19,433 nucleotides of DNA from Promethearchaeota archaeon (lineage in GTDB: Archaea > Asgardarchaeota > Lokiarchaeia > Sigyniarchaeales > SOKP01). The translations under genes were made by a program, and so were the position numbers. Below are positions 1 through 9,041 of this stretch, piece after piece (position 1 is the stretch's first letter; the number at the start of each line of letters is the position of its first letter). The notes beneath the pieces were generated by a model. The model had not been told where the DNA came from. It did not search any database and saw only the letters and a list, made by a program, of their open reading frames with translations. Where the stretch lies: assembly GCA_016839745.1 (NCBI GenBank), contig JAEOTS010000090.1:1-19433 (forward strand), written 5' to 3'.

Positions 1-785
1 AAAATACGATCTGCTTCGCTAGGATGACCTACATTCTCATGAGCCATTATTCCAGAAACTTCGCCGCTTATAACTACATCAATTTTGTTAAATTCTTTTT
101 CAATTGCGTTCCGAGCTACTTTTACTAAATTTCGATTATCTTCTACAAATCGTTCAACTATACTTTCGTCTTCAATCCATTCCCATCCCCCTGTTCCTCC
201 TAAGCTTAACATTCTTTGTTCTCCTCCTGCTTTGCCCTTAGCCGTATTAAATGTGTGGGCAGAAATAATTGAATTTTCTGATTTCACTTTCGATCCTTCA
301 TTTGTAACTATATACTTCTGATCCGAGTATAAATCCAGTAAAAGAGTTCTAGTAGGCAATTTAAAGCGAAATTCTTTGTTCAAAATTTTATCTAGATCTA
401 TTAAAAAATGCTGTTTTTCTTCAACAGATATCTCTTCAAATTTTTGTTTCACAGGGGTTTTCCAGTTTGCTTGAACAACTTCTTCATCAGAAAATACTAT
501 TGGGATTTTTCTTTTACTAACTTTAGCTAATTTTATAGCCTCTTCAATGCCATTTTCAATTCCAGCTTTAGTCAAATTTGCTGTAGAAAAAAATCCCATA
601 CCTCCGTTTGCGAGTACTCGAATTGCAATTCCATTAGAAAATGTAATTCCCCCGCTTAGGATAACTCCATTTCTCGCAGCATAATTTTCGTTTCTCGATG
701 CGATAACCCTTGCTTCGATATAATTTGCTCCATGAGCTGCACCATACCCTACAGCAAAATCTGCTAAATCTTTTCCATCCTCCAT
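1..785 (-). CDS. tldD: TldD/PmbA family metalloprotease, TldD subunit (3' end runs off the window)
   Basis: Not in the ORF track. Manual translation from ATG at 785 gives MEDGKDLADFAVGYGAAHGANYIEARV...GIAIRVLANGGMGFFST...SGIMAHENVGHPSEADRI, open to the window edge. It contains the TldD N-terminal GxxIRV motif and the HExxGHxxEAD metal-binding motif. Confidence 0.92.
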   Translation of the reverse strand, partial: MEDGKDLADFAVGYGAAHGANYIEARVIASRNENYAARNGVILSGGITFSNGIAIRVLANGGMGFFSTANLTKAGIENGIEEAIKLAKVSKRKIPIVFSDEEVVQANWKTPVKQKFEEISVEEKQHFLIDLDKILNKEFRFKLPTRTLLLDLYSDQKYIVTNEGSKVKSENSIISAHTFNTAKGKAGGEQRMLSLGGTGGWEWIEDESIVERFVEDNRNLVKVARNAIEKEFNKIDVVISGEVSGIMAHENVGHPSEADRI

Positions 786-963
786 TCTTAGAACCTAATT
801 TCTCCTATACAATTGATTAATCATATGTTATCTATTTTAATAATATTTCTCCGTCTCTTTTTTTAAATAATCTTAACCACTTAACATATTAAACTCAGAA
901 TAGTTGAGATTAAAATCTAATTAATAATAATATTAAATAGCAAAGTAATTTGAATTACTAATT

Positions 964-3948
964 TTGGTAAGAAATGTGCCTAATTCGAAAAAACCTAAGA
1001 AAAAAACTCCTGCTGATGAGAAGCAAAAATCTCTTTTCTCTTTTGTAGAAAAACCAGAAGTAAAGATAGAGAAAGGAGACAAGAGTATTTCGAAAGAGGA
1101 AAAGAAGGAGATAAAGGAGCCAGTTAAAAATAATAAACAACCTGAAACAAAAAAAATTAAAGAAGAGTTCAAAAAAGGAACTCCAAAAATGCATTATTTC
1201 AAAAGTAATGGAGCACCATTTGGACTAAAAGAGGGTGGTCTTCAATTAAAAAATTTAAAAAGAGAATCGGTAAGCTCAAAATACCTTAGATTTTTAATTG
1301 AAAAAGGAGAGATTGTTGAGGATTTAGAAAGAGGTCTTCTTTTAGATGTTGATTACGACGGTGGATTAAATAAAGCTTATTGTAAATTTTACGATTTAGA
1401 CACTGACGAAATTAGAATTTGGGTTGATACCACTGATCACGAACCCTATTGTTTGAGTAAGGAACCGATTTCGATACTTGAACAATTGAAGTTTACAGAT
1501 AAAGCAGGTAATAGAAAAAAATTAGTAGATTTTGAAGGTTTTAATAAATTCGAAGAAATAAAGCGTATTGAATTACTCTCTGATAAAACAATTCCAATGA
1601 CGAAAATCTACGGAAAGACCCCAATAGATGTAGGAGGATCAGGATTAAATATTAAAAATATTTTAGCTGAAAATGAAAAAAAAGCGTGGGAAGCCGATAT
1701 TCGATATCATTTAAATTATATTCTAGATCGACAATTAATACCAGGACTGATTTATCGAATCGAAAATAGCAAGCTTCAAAGAATCGATTTCAAAGAACAC
1801 TCTGCAGAAACAAGAAAATTAACAGATGAAATGAGAAATTTATTTAAGGGTGAAAATCCCGAAATTCAAGAATTTTCAGATAAATTCATCGATATTTTCC
1901 TCACGCCAATCCCTGATGTGAAACGTTTAGCAATGGATATCGAAGTAGAAATAGGAGAACACGATTATAGGATTCCAGATGCTCGTCTTGCAAAACAAGC
2001 AATTATTTCTATATCATTTGTAGGTTCGGACGGTTTAAAACTTGTCTATGTTTTAGAACGCGAGGGATTCAGTTTTGACAAACTGCACACAGATTTCCCG
2101 GATGATGCGAAAATATACTTCTTCAAATCTGAAAAAGAATTACTGACCGAATCTTTTAGGATCATATGGGAATATCCAGTACTCATAACTTTCAATGGAG
2201 ATAATTTCGATTTAAATTATATGTTCCACAGAGCAGAAAAATTGAGAATCGACAAAGATCTTAACCCTATTCATGTAAAGAGAGGCTTTGGAATAATGGC
2301 AAAAGCGGAATGTGATTTAAGGAAGGGAATCCACATAGATATTTTTAACTTCTTCTTCAATAGGAGTATTTCCGGCTATGCGTTTGGCGGATCCTACCAA
2401 AGCTCATCCTTAAACGCAATCAGCGAAGCCTTATTAGGTGAAAAGAAGTACGAGCACGAAGAAGAAATTCACGATATGGAATACGATGTTCTTTCTTGGT
2501 ATAATCTAAAAGATTCGATTTTGACCTTAGATCTAACAAAATTTAATAATTCACTTGTGTGGAATTTGATCATTCTGTTATGTAGGATAACAAAATTACC
2601 AATGCACGATATGATACGAAGGCAAATTTCAACATGGATACAAAATATTTTCTATTTCGAGCATCGTAGAAAAGAAATCCTCATTCCTAGAAAGTCTGAA
2701 ATATCTGAAGCGAAAAAAGGTGGAGCAATGATGTCAAAATTTGATGATGAGAAATTTCAAGGTGCGTATGTTATCGATCCTGTTCCGGGGATTCATTATG
2801 ATGTTGTAGTGATGGATTTTGCATCCCTATACCCATCAATCATAAAGGAGTTTAATTTATCCTACGAAACTGTACTCTGCCCTCATAAAGATGATGAAGA
2901 TAACCTTATAAAAGGTACGCCCTATCATATTTGTACTCAGAAGATGGGAATTTTTGCTTATGTGGTTGGATTTTTCCGAGATACTAGAGTAAAATACTTT
3001 AAACCGATGTCAAGTGACAAATCTCTAACTCAAAAACAGAGAAGTTATTATCATACTATTCAACAAGCTCTAAAAGTATTCATTAACGCCAGTTATGGTG
3101 TCTTTGGATCTCAAAATTTTCCTCTGTTTTGCTTACCTGTTGCAGAAAGCACTACAGGAATCGGTCAATACTCTATAAAACAAACTATACAGAAAGCAGA
3201 AGAGCTTGGGGTAAAAGTATTGTATGGAGATACTGATAGTGTTTTTCTTCTCAATCCCTCTAAAGCTCAGATGAAAGAAATATCAGATTGGAGTGAAAAA
3301 GAGCTAGATTTAGACTTGGAAGAGGAAAAGACCTACCAATTCTTAGCACTTTCGCAGAGAAAGAAAAATTATATAGGGATATATAAAGATACTAAATTTG
3401 TTGATATAAAAGGACTGGTAGCAAAAAAGAAAAATACACCAAATTTTATTAAAAAAGCATTCAGCCAATTAATAGAAATCCTTAAAGAAATCTCTAACGA
3501 TGAAGAGTTCAAACTCGCGAAGAAAAGAATCATCGAAATTGTTAAAAGTAACTTAAAGAAAATAGGGCAACCCGACACATTCACGTTAGAAGATTACGCC
3601 ATAAATATCGGCCTGCAAAAAAACCTCAAAGACTATGTAAAAACCATTCCTCAACACGTTAGAGCCGCTAATACATTTATAAATACAGAAATTAGTAAAT
3701 TAGGCAAAGACGCTAGTGACGATGAAATTAATGCAATAAAAAGGAAATTTCAAAAAGGAGATTCAGTGAGATTTATAAAGAGTAAAGGACCCCTTGGAGC
3801 TAAAGTTATTGAGATGGCAAGACTTCAAGATATTGATCCACAAAAGTATCGCGAGCTATTAAAATCCGCACTAGAGCAAGTTTTAGACGCGCTTGATATA
3901 TCGTTTGAAGAAATAAGTGGAATTAAGAAAATGGATGCGTTTTTTTAA
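964..3948 (+). CDS. polB1: Family B DNA polymerase, PolB1-like, with proofreading exonuclease
   Basis: ExoI AMDIEV, ExoII TFNGDNFD, ExoIII YNLKDS, FQGAYV (Y-GG/A motif), polymerase motifs DFASLYPSII, QQALKVFINASYGVFG and YGDTDS. The LLDVDYDG N-terminal segment and overall layout resemble archaeal B1. Start uncertain (TTG 964 or GTG 976). Confidence 0.95.
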   Translation: MVRNVPNSKKPKKKTPADEKQKSLFSFVEKPEVKIEKGDKSISKEEKKEIKEPVKNNKQPETKKIKEEFKKGTPKMHYFKSNGAPFGLKEGGLQLKNLKRESVSSKYLRFLIEKGEIVEDLERGLLLDVDYDGGLNKAYCKFYDLDTDEIRIWVDTTDHEPYCLSKEPISILEQLKFTDKAGNRKKLVDFEGFNKFEEIKRIELLSDKTIPMTKIYGKTPIDVGGSGLNIKNILAENEKKAWEADIRYHLNYILDRQLIPGLIYRIENSKLQRIDFKEHSAETRKLTDEMRNLFKGENPEIQEFSDKFIDIFLTPIPDVKRLAMDIEVEIGEHDYRIPDARLAKQAIISISFVGSDGLKLVYVLEREGFSFDKLHTDFPDDAKIYFFKSEKELLTESFRIIWEYPVLITFNGDNFDLNYMFHRAEKLRIDKDLNPIHVKRGFGIMAKAECDLRKGIHIDIFNFFFNRSISGYAFGGSYQSSSLNAISEALLGEKKYEHEEEIHDMEYDVLSWYNLKDSILTLDLTKFNNSLVWNLIILLCRITKLPMHDMIRRQISTWIQNIFYFEHRRKEILIPRKSEISEAKKGGAMMSKFDDEKFQGAYVIDPVPGIHYDVVVMDFASLYPSIIKEFNLSYETVLCPHKDDEDNLIKGTPYHICTQKMGIFAYVVGFFRDTRVKYFKPMSSDKSLTQKQRSYYHTIQQALKVFINASYGVFGSQNFPLFCLPVAESTTGIGQYSIKQTIQKAEELGVKVLYGDTDSVFLLNPSKAQMKEISDWSEKELDLDLEEEKTYQFLALSQRKKNYIGIYKDTKFVDIKGLVAKKKNTPNFIKKAFSQLIEILKEISNDEEFKLAKKRIIEIVKSNLKKIGQPDTFTLEDYAINIGLQKNLKDYVKTIPQHVRAANTFINTEISKLGKDASDDEINAIKRKFQKGDSVRFIKSKGPLGAKVIEMARLQDIDPQKYRELLKSALEQVLDALDISFEEISGIKKMDAFF

Positions 3949-3970
3949 ATAATTAATTTCTCTGTAAATC

Positions 3971-5248
3971 TTACTTAATATCTTTTAAATCAACTCCCTT
4001 CGTTTCCTTTACAAATAGGAAACCTAGGGGAATTATCAAAAGATTTCCAAAGACAAAAATAATAAAAGTGATTCCTAAGCCGAGTTCTAGTACGATAAAA
4101 CTACTCATTAACAGTCCCGTTGTAATACCTACAGCTCCGATTAAGCTTCTAATTCCTATCCCAGTTCCTCTTCTATCTGTGGGCATTAATTCTAACGCAA
4201 TAATTCTAATAATCCCCCATAACCCCCAATAAGAGATGTGACTTAAAGCATAACCAATGAGTACTAATAGAAACGCATTTGATGTATGATTTGCCCCTAA
4301 AACCCACATAATCACTGAAATTGGCAATAGTAATGACCATAAATATAGTAGCGGTTTCCTTCCAATTCGATCTGCTAGAAATCCATTAGTTAAGTACGCA
4401 ATCAAGACTGTAAAAATTGTCATCAAAAATATTAAACTAACTTGATTTTGGGGTATAGAACCGATATCATCGATGTATTTCTCAAATAAACCTATAAAGA
4501 GATTCGAAAATCCGAACAAAAACGATATGATTAATATATAAATAAACGGCTTTTTGTTCTCTGTTTGAAAAACTGATTTTATATCTCCAATGAATGAGCG
4601 AGAATCTCTCCCCGGGGCTTCTTTCATTGATTGAAATTCGGTAGTTTCTTTGAGTGTAAAATAAATCACGATACTTAAAGGAATTCCGAATATTATAGGG
4701 AACAATGTCATCGCTCTCCAATTTGGATTTAATTCTGTTACAAAAATTAATCGAAAAATTACCATTATTATTGCTCCCAATAATCCCGTCATTAATATAA
4801 TATTTGTATTCAAGGCACGTTTATTTTGTTTTGATTCTTCATTTGCGTAAATTAGCCAAATGTCGCTCATGAAGAAAAAATACAAGATAAATTGAAAAGC
4901 AACATACATCACATAACTAACGGATAAAAACATTCCTAACGAAGCAATGCTCATTCCAAGGATTGTAATTGCCAACATTCGCTTGCGTCCAACTTTATCA
5001 ACTAAATATTGGTTAAAAAACAAAAAATACATCCCAATTGAGATAATACTTCCCGCTAATGTTACAATAGCGCTGGTAATATTGTCGTCTACTGTAGGAA
5101 AAAATTCTTCAACTATTACAGAAGGCATTGAGCCGGGATAAAGAGTACTGTAAGTATCCAGAATCTGGACGAGCATTAATACGAAGATAAGATACATGAA
5201 GTAAGATTTTGATCTTGTTGATTGATCATTATTAGTAATTTCTACCAT
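3971..5248 (-). CDS. MFS transporter, substrate unknown
   Basis: About 12 hydrophobic segments; motif A in both halves (LVDKVGRKR, LADRIGRKP); ELMPTDRRG and KETKG sugar-porter-like motifs. Confidence 0.9.
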   Translation of the reverse strand: MVEITNNDQSTRSKSYFMYLIFVLMLVQILDTYSTLYPGSMPSVIVEEFFPTVDDNITSAIVTLAGSIISIGMYFLFFNQYLVDKVGRKRMLAITILGMSIASLGMFLSVSYVMYVAFQFILYFFFMSDIWLIYANEESKQNKRALNTNIILMTGLLGAIIMVIFRLIFVTELNPNWRAMTLFPIIFGIPLSIVIYFTLKETTEFQSMKEAPGRDSRSFIGDIKSVFQTENKKPFIYILIISFLFGFSNLFIGLFEKYIDDIGSIPQNQVSLIFLMTIFTVLIAYLTNGFLADRIGRKPLLYLWSLLLPISVIMWVLGANHTSNAFLLVLIGYALSHISYWGLWGIIRIIALELMPTDRRGTGIGIRSLIGAVGITTGLLMSSFIVLELGLGITFIIFVFGNLLIIPLGFLFVKETKGVDLKDIK

Positions 5249-5366
5249 TTTTATTCAACTTTAATTGTTTATGCAACTGGTTCCGAATATAATTCGTTAT
5301 GATGAAATAGATGTTAAACTACAATCTTTATAAATATTTAGTATCAGCAGATTATACTAAATGACT

Positions 5367-6449
5367 TTAAAGAATTATATATAAGAGAGCCATAATTAGA
5401 CCGCAAAAAATAGGATTTAAAAAATTATCATCAATTTTAAGACTTAGTAAATCAATTATTAAAAATACAAGTGCTCCGCTTAACGATATTATAATCATCT
5501 TGGAGAGCATTAAGTGTGGCTCAAACAACCATAATGCAAAAAAACTTACTCCTAATGAAGCAAGAAACCCGGAAATATATCCAATTATCGTTTTGCTGCT
5601 TTCTTTTGGAAAATGGTGTTTTCCAAAACTAACTCCCATAATAGAAGCGACTCCATCACCAATACTCGTAATTAAGGTAGCTGCAGTAAAGATACCAAAT
5701 GGTAAAAAAAGTAATGGAATTAAAGAGAGAACTAAGACTGTATTTTTTGTTAATTCGTAGTTTTCGTTTCTTTTTAGAGTTTTGATTAATAAGTTCGAAA
5801 GGCAATCAGGCAAAAGACTATAAACATTCGATTTTTCAAATATAAAAGCTAAGCGTACGAAATCCAATGCTGCGAATAAAATAACTCCCGTATAACCTAT
5901 AGTTAGAATTAAAAACATTGCGTATTCATACCCAGAAACTCCATATATTTGGTCTGCGCCCCATAAACCTTCCCATACATCAACTGCAAAAATTCGTAGT
6001 ATAATAATAATCAAACCGGGAAGCAAATGAAAGATTTTCCTGTGAAAGTCAGTTCTTAGAGAGTAAGATTTGTTGTTAATTTGATTCTTATTCATTATAT
6101 CGTATTTTTCAAGAAACTTAGTAATTGTACGACTTTCCCTAAGTTTAGGATTGTCTTTTAAGACAATTTTAGATTGATACAGCAGAATTAGGAATACTAA
6201 CAAAGGTGCAAAAATACATATGATATTCATGGAGAATGCCTGATGAAATATTACATCTTCAGTAACGCGTGGGTAAAAGAATGGATAAAGAATTCCAGAA
6301 ATAATCCACAAAACAAAATTTATAAAAGAATTACTAAAAACATGTTCTTTAGGAAACATCCTTTTCAATCTAATCGCAAAGTATAACTGACCAATCCCTA
6401 TTGAAATAAATAATAAAGTAATAGGTAATGTAATTAAATTGAAAACCAT
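5367..6449 (-). CDS. CTP-dependent polyprenol/dolichol/phytol/diacylglycerol kinase family membrane protein (SEC59/DGK1/VTE5-like)
   Basis: RKIFH motif, GDGVASIMGVSFGKH...SKTIIG CTP-binding motif, DDN motif near the C-terminus, multiple TM helices and an extra N-terminal TM block. Confidence 0.85.
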   Translation of the reverse strand: MVFNLITLPITLLFISIGIGQLYFAIRLKRMFPKEHVFSNSFINFVLWIISGILYPFFYPRVTEDVIFHQAFSMNIICIFAPLLVFLILLYQSKIVLKDNPKLRESRTITKFLEKYDIMNKNQINNKSYSLRTDFHRKIFHLLPGLIIIILRIFAVDVWEGLWGADQIYGVSGYEYAMFLILTIGYTGVILFAALDFVRLAFIFEKSNVYSLLPDCLSNLLIKTLKRNENYELTKNTVLVLSLIPLLFLPFGIFTAATLITSIGDGVASIMGVSFGKHHFPKESSKTIIGYISGFLASLGVSFFALWLFEPHLMLSKMIIISLSGALVFLIIDLLSLKIDDNFLNPIFCGLIMALLYIIL

Positions 6450-6512
6450 ATTCTAATAAAATATCAATGTAAAAAATAATTTGTGAAATCTCTAACTCTA
6501 ACAATGAATTTT

Positions 6513-6794
6513 TCATCGAAATTGTGGTAAAATCTCGACAAACAATAATGCCATATTTTTTGGAAACAACCCAACTCTATCGCCATCTGTAACTTCCTTG
6601 CCAACTTCACAATATTTACCGTTTACAAATATATGACTAAGTTCATCTTCCTTTATTACAAGCTTTTCAAGAATATCATAAACTATATGAACTTCAGAAG
6701 GTTTGATATTGAAAGACACTGGAAGTCCTTCCTCTAAGTCAATTTCCTTTACATTTTCCCTTAGCTTCCCATACAACTTAACTAAAATAGACAT
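6513..6794 (-). CDS. MoaD/ThiS-fold (beta-grasp, ubiquitin-like) protein without terminal Gly-Gly
   Basis: From ATG 6794: MSILVKLYGKLRE...HIFVNGK...VTDGDRVGLFP matches the MoaD/SAMP pattern. The start was moved from the track's 6821 because the fold begins at MSILVKLY. Confidence 0.8.
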   Translation of the reverse strand: MSILVKLYGKLRENVKEIDLEEGLPVSFNIKPSEVHIVYDILEKLVIKEDELSHIFVNGKYCEVGKEVTDGDRVGLFPKNMALLFVEILPQFR

Positions 6795-6844
6795 CCTTAA
6801 TACACACCTATACATCAACAAGTTAAATAAGATAAAAATGTTTG

Positions 6845-6900
6845 TTTTATAAAAAATTAAAGGAAAATAATAAAATAAGATTAAAAAATATTAAAAAAAG
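6845..6900 (-). terminator. Oligo-T rich archaeal terminator region after the tes operon
   Basis: The minus strand just past the stop at 6903 carries several T runs (A runs on + at about 6851-6856, 6883-6888 and 6893-6899). Confidence 0.45.
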
Positions 6901-6902
6901 AT

Positions 6903-7190
6903 TTAAAGACCAAATAGTAAGAATTGATCTAAAAATTCTTGAACTTTTTTCACATTCTCTTCGCCAAGAGCTTTTTCTGCCTGGATTTTTAGATCCAAGA
7001 CTGTGCTCAGACTCTGGACGACCACATTTTGAATTGTGCTATTAAATATGGACTTCTGTTGGTTTTGTTTTTTGAAATACTCTACTCGATCAATCATAGC
7101 CTCTTGATATTCTTCCGCTGTGGTTGTTTTGAGTTCTACGAGTTTCCGTAACTTTAAACCGTCTTTGGTTTCGATTAATTCGTCCACCAT
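6903..7190 (-). CDS. Hypothetical 95-aa helical protein, translationally coupled to tes
   Basis: Its ATG directly abuts the tes stop (TAG|ATG). An SD-like AGGTGA lies in the last tes codons, 8 nt upstream. Composition is protein-like. Confidence 0.8.
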   Translation of the reverse strand: MVDELIETKDGLKLRKLVELKTTTAEEYQEAMIDRVEYFKKQNQQKSIFNSTIQNVVVQSLSTVLDLKIQAEKALGEENVKKVQEFLDQFLLFGL

Positions 7191-8933
7191 CTATTCATCA
7201 CCTAACTCCGTTTTCCTCATGCCTCCGTTCTGAGCGACTTCTTGCTGAATCTCTTCTCTGGATTGACCTCTTGTAGTGTCGAACTCTTCTCTGACTTTTT
7301 GCGTAATTTTTTTAGCTACCTGCTTCTCTATACTTTCACGATGGATTGTGTTCATCGTACAAAAACTTACCTCTTTAACAGAACCATCGGGCATTGCTAC
7401 GCCGAAATGAACGATACATCGTTTAACACGTTCTATATCCATGTTATATGCGTCTTGGAAGTGCATACTTGATAAAAGCAACGTACCGTGAGTGAATGAG
7501 CTAATACTTTCCCAATCACCATTCAATAATAGTCTACTGAACATTTCCATGAGTTTACCAGGCTTCTTGGTGTATTGCAATATCCCTAACAGGAATCGAG
7601 CTCGAAGTTGTGTTTTATCTAAAAAATCAAGACCGCTATCTAAAGTTTTACCCATGTCGCCTAGCATTCCTTCAAAGAATTTAACCGGTTGTTTTTCTTT
7701 ATGTTTTATTTTTTCCCAAAATCTGTTAGCGAAATCTATGACTTTCAGAGGATCGAAGTAATCCAAAATAGGAACCATCTCATTTGTCTCAGGATCAACT
7801 ACTAAGTATGTCGCAAAACCACAGTCAGGCGAGCAAGTAAATTCAACGGGTTCAACATCAGCGAGATAAGCTATAATCCTCCCAAATTCCACTATGGTGC
7901 TTAAGGGGTACCATGCTTCGTCCATTCTAATTTTACCGCCAGTTTGAGTTTCGATTTCCTTAATAACATCAGCGTTAGTAATTCGTAACTCGTCCATCTC
8001 TTCGGCTGTAATACGACCGCATAAGGACACAGGTTGGAAGGTTATCCCTCTTATAACATCAATATTATCAAGAGCAAACTGAATGATATTTCCAACTTCA
8101 ATATCCGTAATTCCTTTGACAATCGTAGCTACTAAATTAATGGACGATAATCCCGCTTTTCTGCAATTTTCTACAGCACGCATTTTGTATGGCATTAAAT
8201 TCTTAATGCTTCGTGTCTTCTCATAAGTTGCATTATTTATCCCATCAAATTGTAAGTATAAAGTATCCAGGCCCATCTCGTATACTTTCTTAGTCCACTC
8301 AAGCCCACCTTTTTTTTGCTGGAAACCATATCCGTTTGTAGCGACGATTACTTCTTGAAATCCATGATCTTTTGCCATTTTACAAATTTCAGGAAAATCT
8401 TTTCGAACTGTTGGTTCGCCACCAGTAAACATAATAGCAACAGCGGGAATTGGTTTGCTTCTGAAGTGTGTCATTATCCTATCGATTTCTTCTAATGATG
8501 GTTCAACTAAATATCCCGATTTTTGAACATTCGCATAGCAGAAATTGCAATTAAAATTACAACGGTTTGTTAAATCTATTAAAGCTAAAGTACAGGTTGA
8601 TAAATGTTCATTACATAATCCACAATTATAGGGACATCCTCTCTCGTCGTCTGAAGCACAATCGGCAGGATTTGCTTCGCCGTCTTTTTCAAATTGCCAA
8701 GCGATTGTTCCGTCCGTATTTTTCATTTGAAAATGAGTCCATTTGTAATATTTTGCGTCTGAGCTAATAATGTCTTTAAAATCGCCGTGTTCAGAGCAAT
8801 TTTTAACCATGAAAATTTTTCCGTCTTCTTCTTGAACTACAGCATCTATCCGTTGAAGACATTCAGGGCAGACTGATGCCGTTTTTCTGTAGTATTTCTC
8901 GTTTAAAACATTTGTTCCGTCTAAATGATACAT
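7191..8933 (-). CDS. tes: Tetraether lipid synthase (Tes / GDGT-MAS, MJ0619 family) radical SAM enzyme
   Basis: N-terminal rubredoxin-like SVCPEC...KNCSEHG, auxiliary-cluster motif GCPYNCGLCNEH, radical SAM motif TNRCNFNCNFCYAN, TGGEPT, YLQFDG, FQPVS, and C-terminal CSPDCG...MHFQDAYNMD.ERVKRC..H...FC.MN. This is the full domain signature of the family. Confidence 0.88.
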   Translation of the reverse strand: MYHLDGTNVLNEKYYRKTASVCPECLQRIDAVVQEEDGKIFMVKNCSEHGDFKDIISSDAKYYKWTHFQMKNTDGTIAWQFEKDGEANPADCASDDERGCPYNCGLCNEHLSTCTLALIDLTNRCNFNCNFCYANVQKSGYLVEPSLEEIDRIMTHFRSKPIPAVAIMFTGGEPTVRKDFPEICKMAKDHGFQEVIVATNGYGFQQKKGGLEWTKKVYEMGLDTLYLQFDGINNATYEKTRSIKNLMPYKMRAVENCRKAGLSSINLVATIVKGITDIEVGNIIQFALDNIDVIRGITFQPVSLCGRITAEEMDELRITNADVIKEIETQTGGKIRMDEAWYPLSTIVEFGRIIAYLADVEPVEFTCSPDCGFATYLVVDPETNEMVPILDYFDPLKVIDFANRFWEKIKHKEKQPVKFFEGMLGDMGKTLDSGLDFLDKTQLRARFLLGILQYTKKPGKLMEMFSRLLLNGDWESISSFTHGTLLLSSMHFQDAYNMDIERVKRCIVHFGVAMPDGSVKEVSFCTMNTIHRESIEKQVAKKITQKVREEFDTTRGQSREEIQQEVAQNGGMRKTELGDE

Positions 8934-8984
8934 TTTATATTTTCTCCATAAAATTACTAATTAACCAAAAATAGGATTTAAGCT

Positions 8985-8992
8985 ATTTAAAT
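8985..8992 (-). promoter_or_regulatory. Candidate TATA box (TTTAAATA) for tes
   Basis: Lies about 50 bp upstream of the ATG at 8933. An SD-like GGAG sits about 10 nt before the start. Confidence 0.4.
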
Positions 8993-9010
8993 AAAATCAG
9001 ATTACTATTA

Positions 9011-9041
9011 TTATTACTAATATTATTAAAGTTAGTAATAA
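9011..9041. repeat. Inverted repeat TTATTACTAA-N11-TTAGTAATAA
   Basis: Perfect 10-bp arms at 9011-9020 and 9032-9041, upstream of tes. Confidence 0.6.

Noticed and set aside
85-321. 78-aa plus-strand ORF
   Set aside because: Antisense shadow of tldD, which has clear motifs on the minus strand.
979-1008. NLS-like PNSKKPKKKT in the PolB N-terminus
   Set aside because: Lys runs are expected in an A-rich low-complexity tail; there is no independent support.
933-1194. Two Phe-rich minus-strand ORFs (79 and 78 aa) that look like membrane peptides
   Set aside because: Antisense to the A-rich Lys/Glu codons of the polB N-terminus; the hydrophobicity is a compositional artefact.
6498-6515. Possible selenocysteine read-through of the MoaD-like gene's TGA (would add U-KIHC)
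   Set aside because: No SECIS-like hairpin recognisable in the short downstream gap, no Cys-homologous position, and no UxxC spacing.
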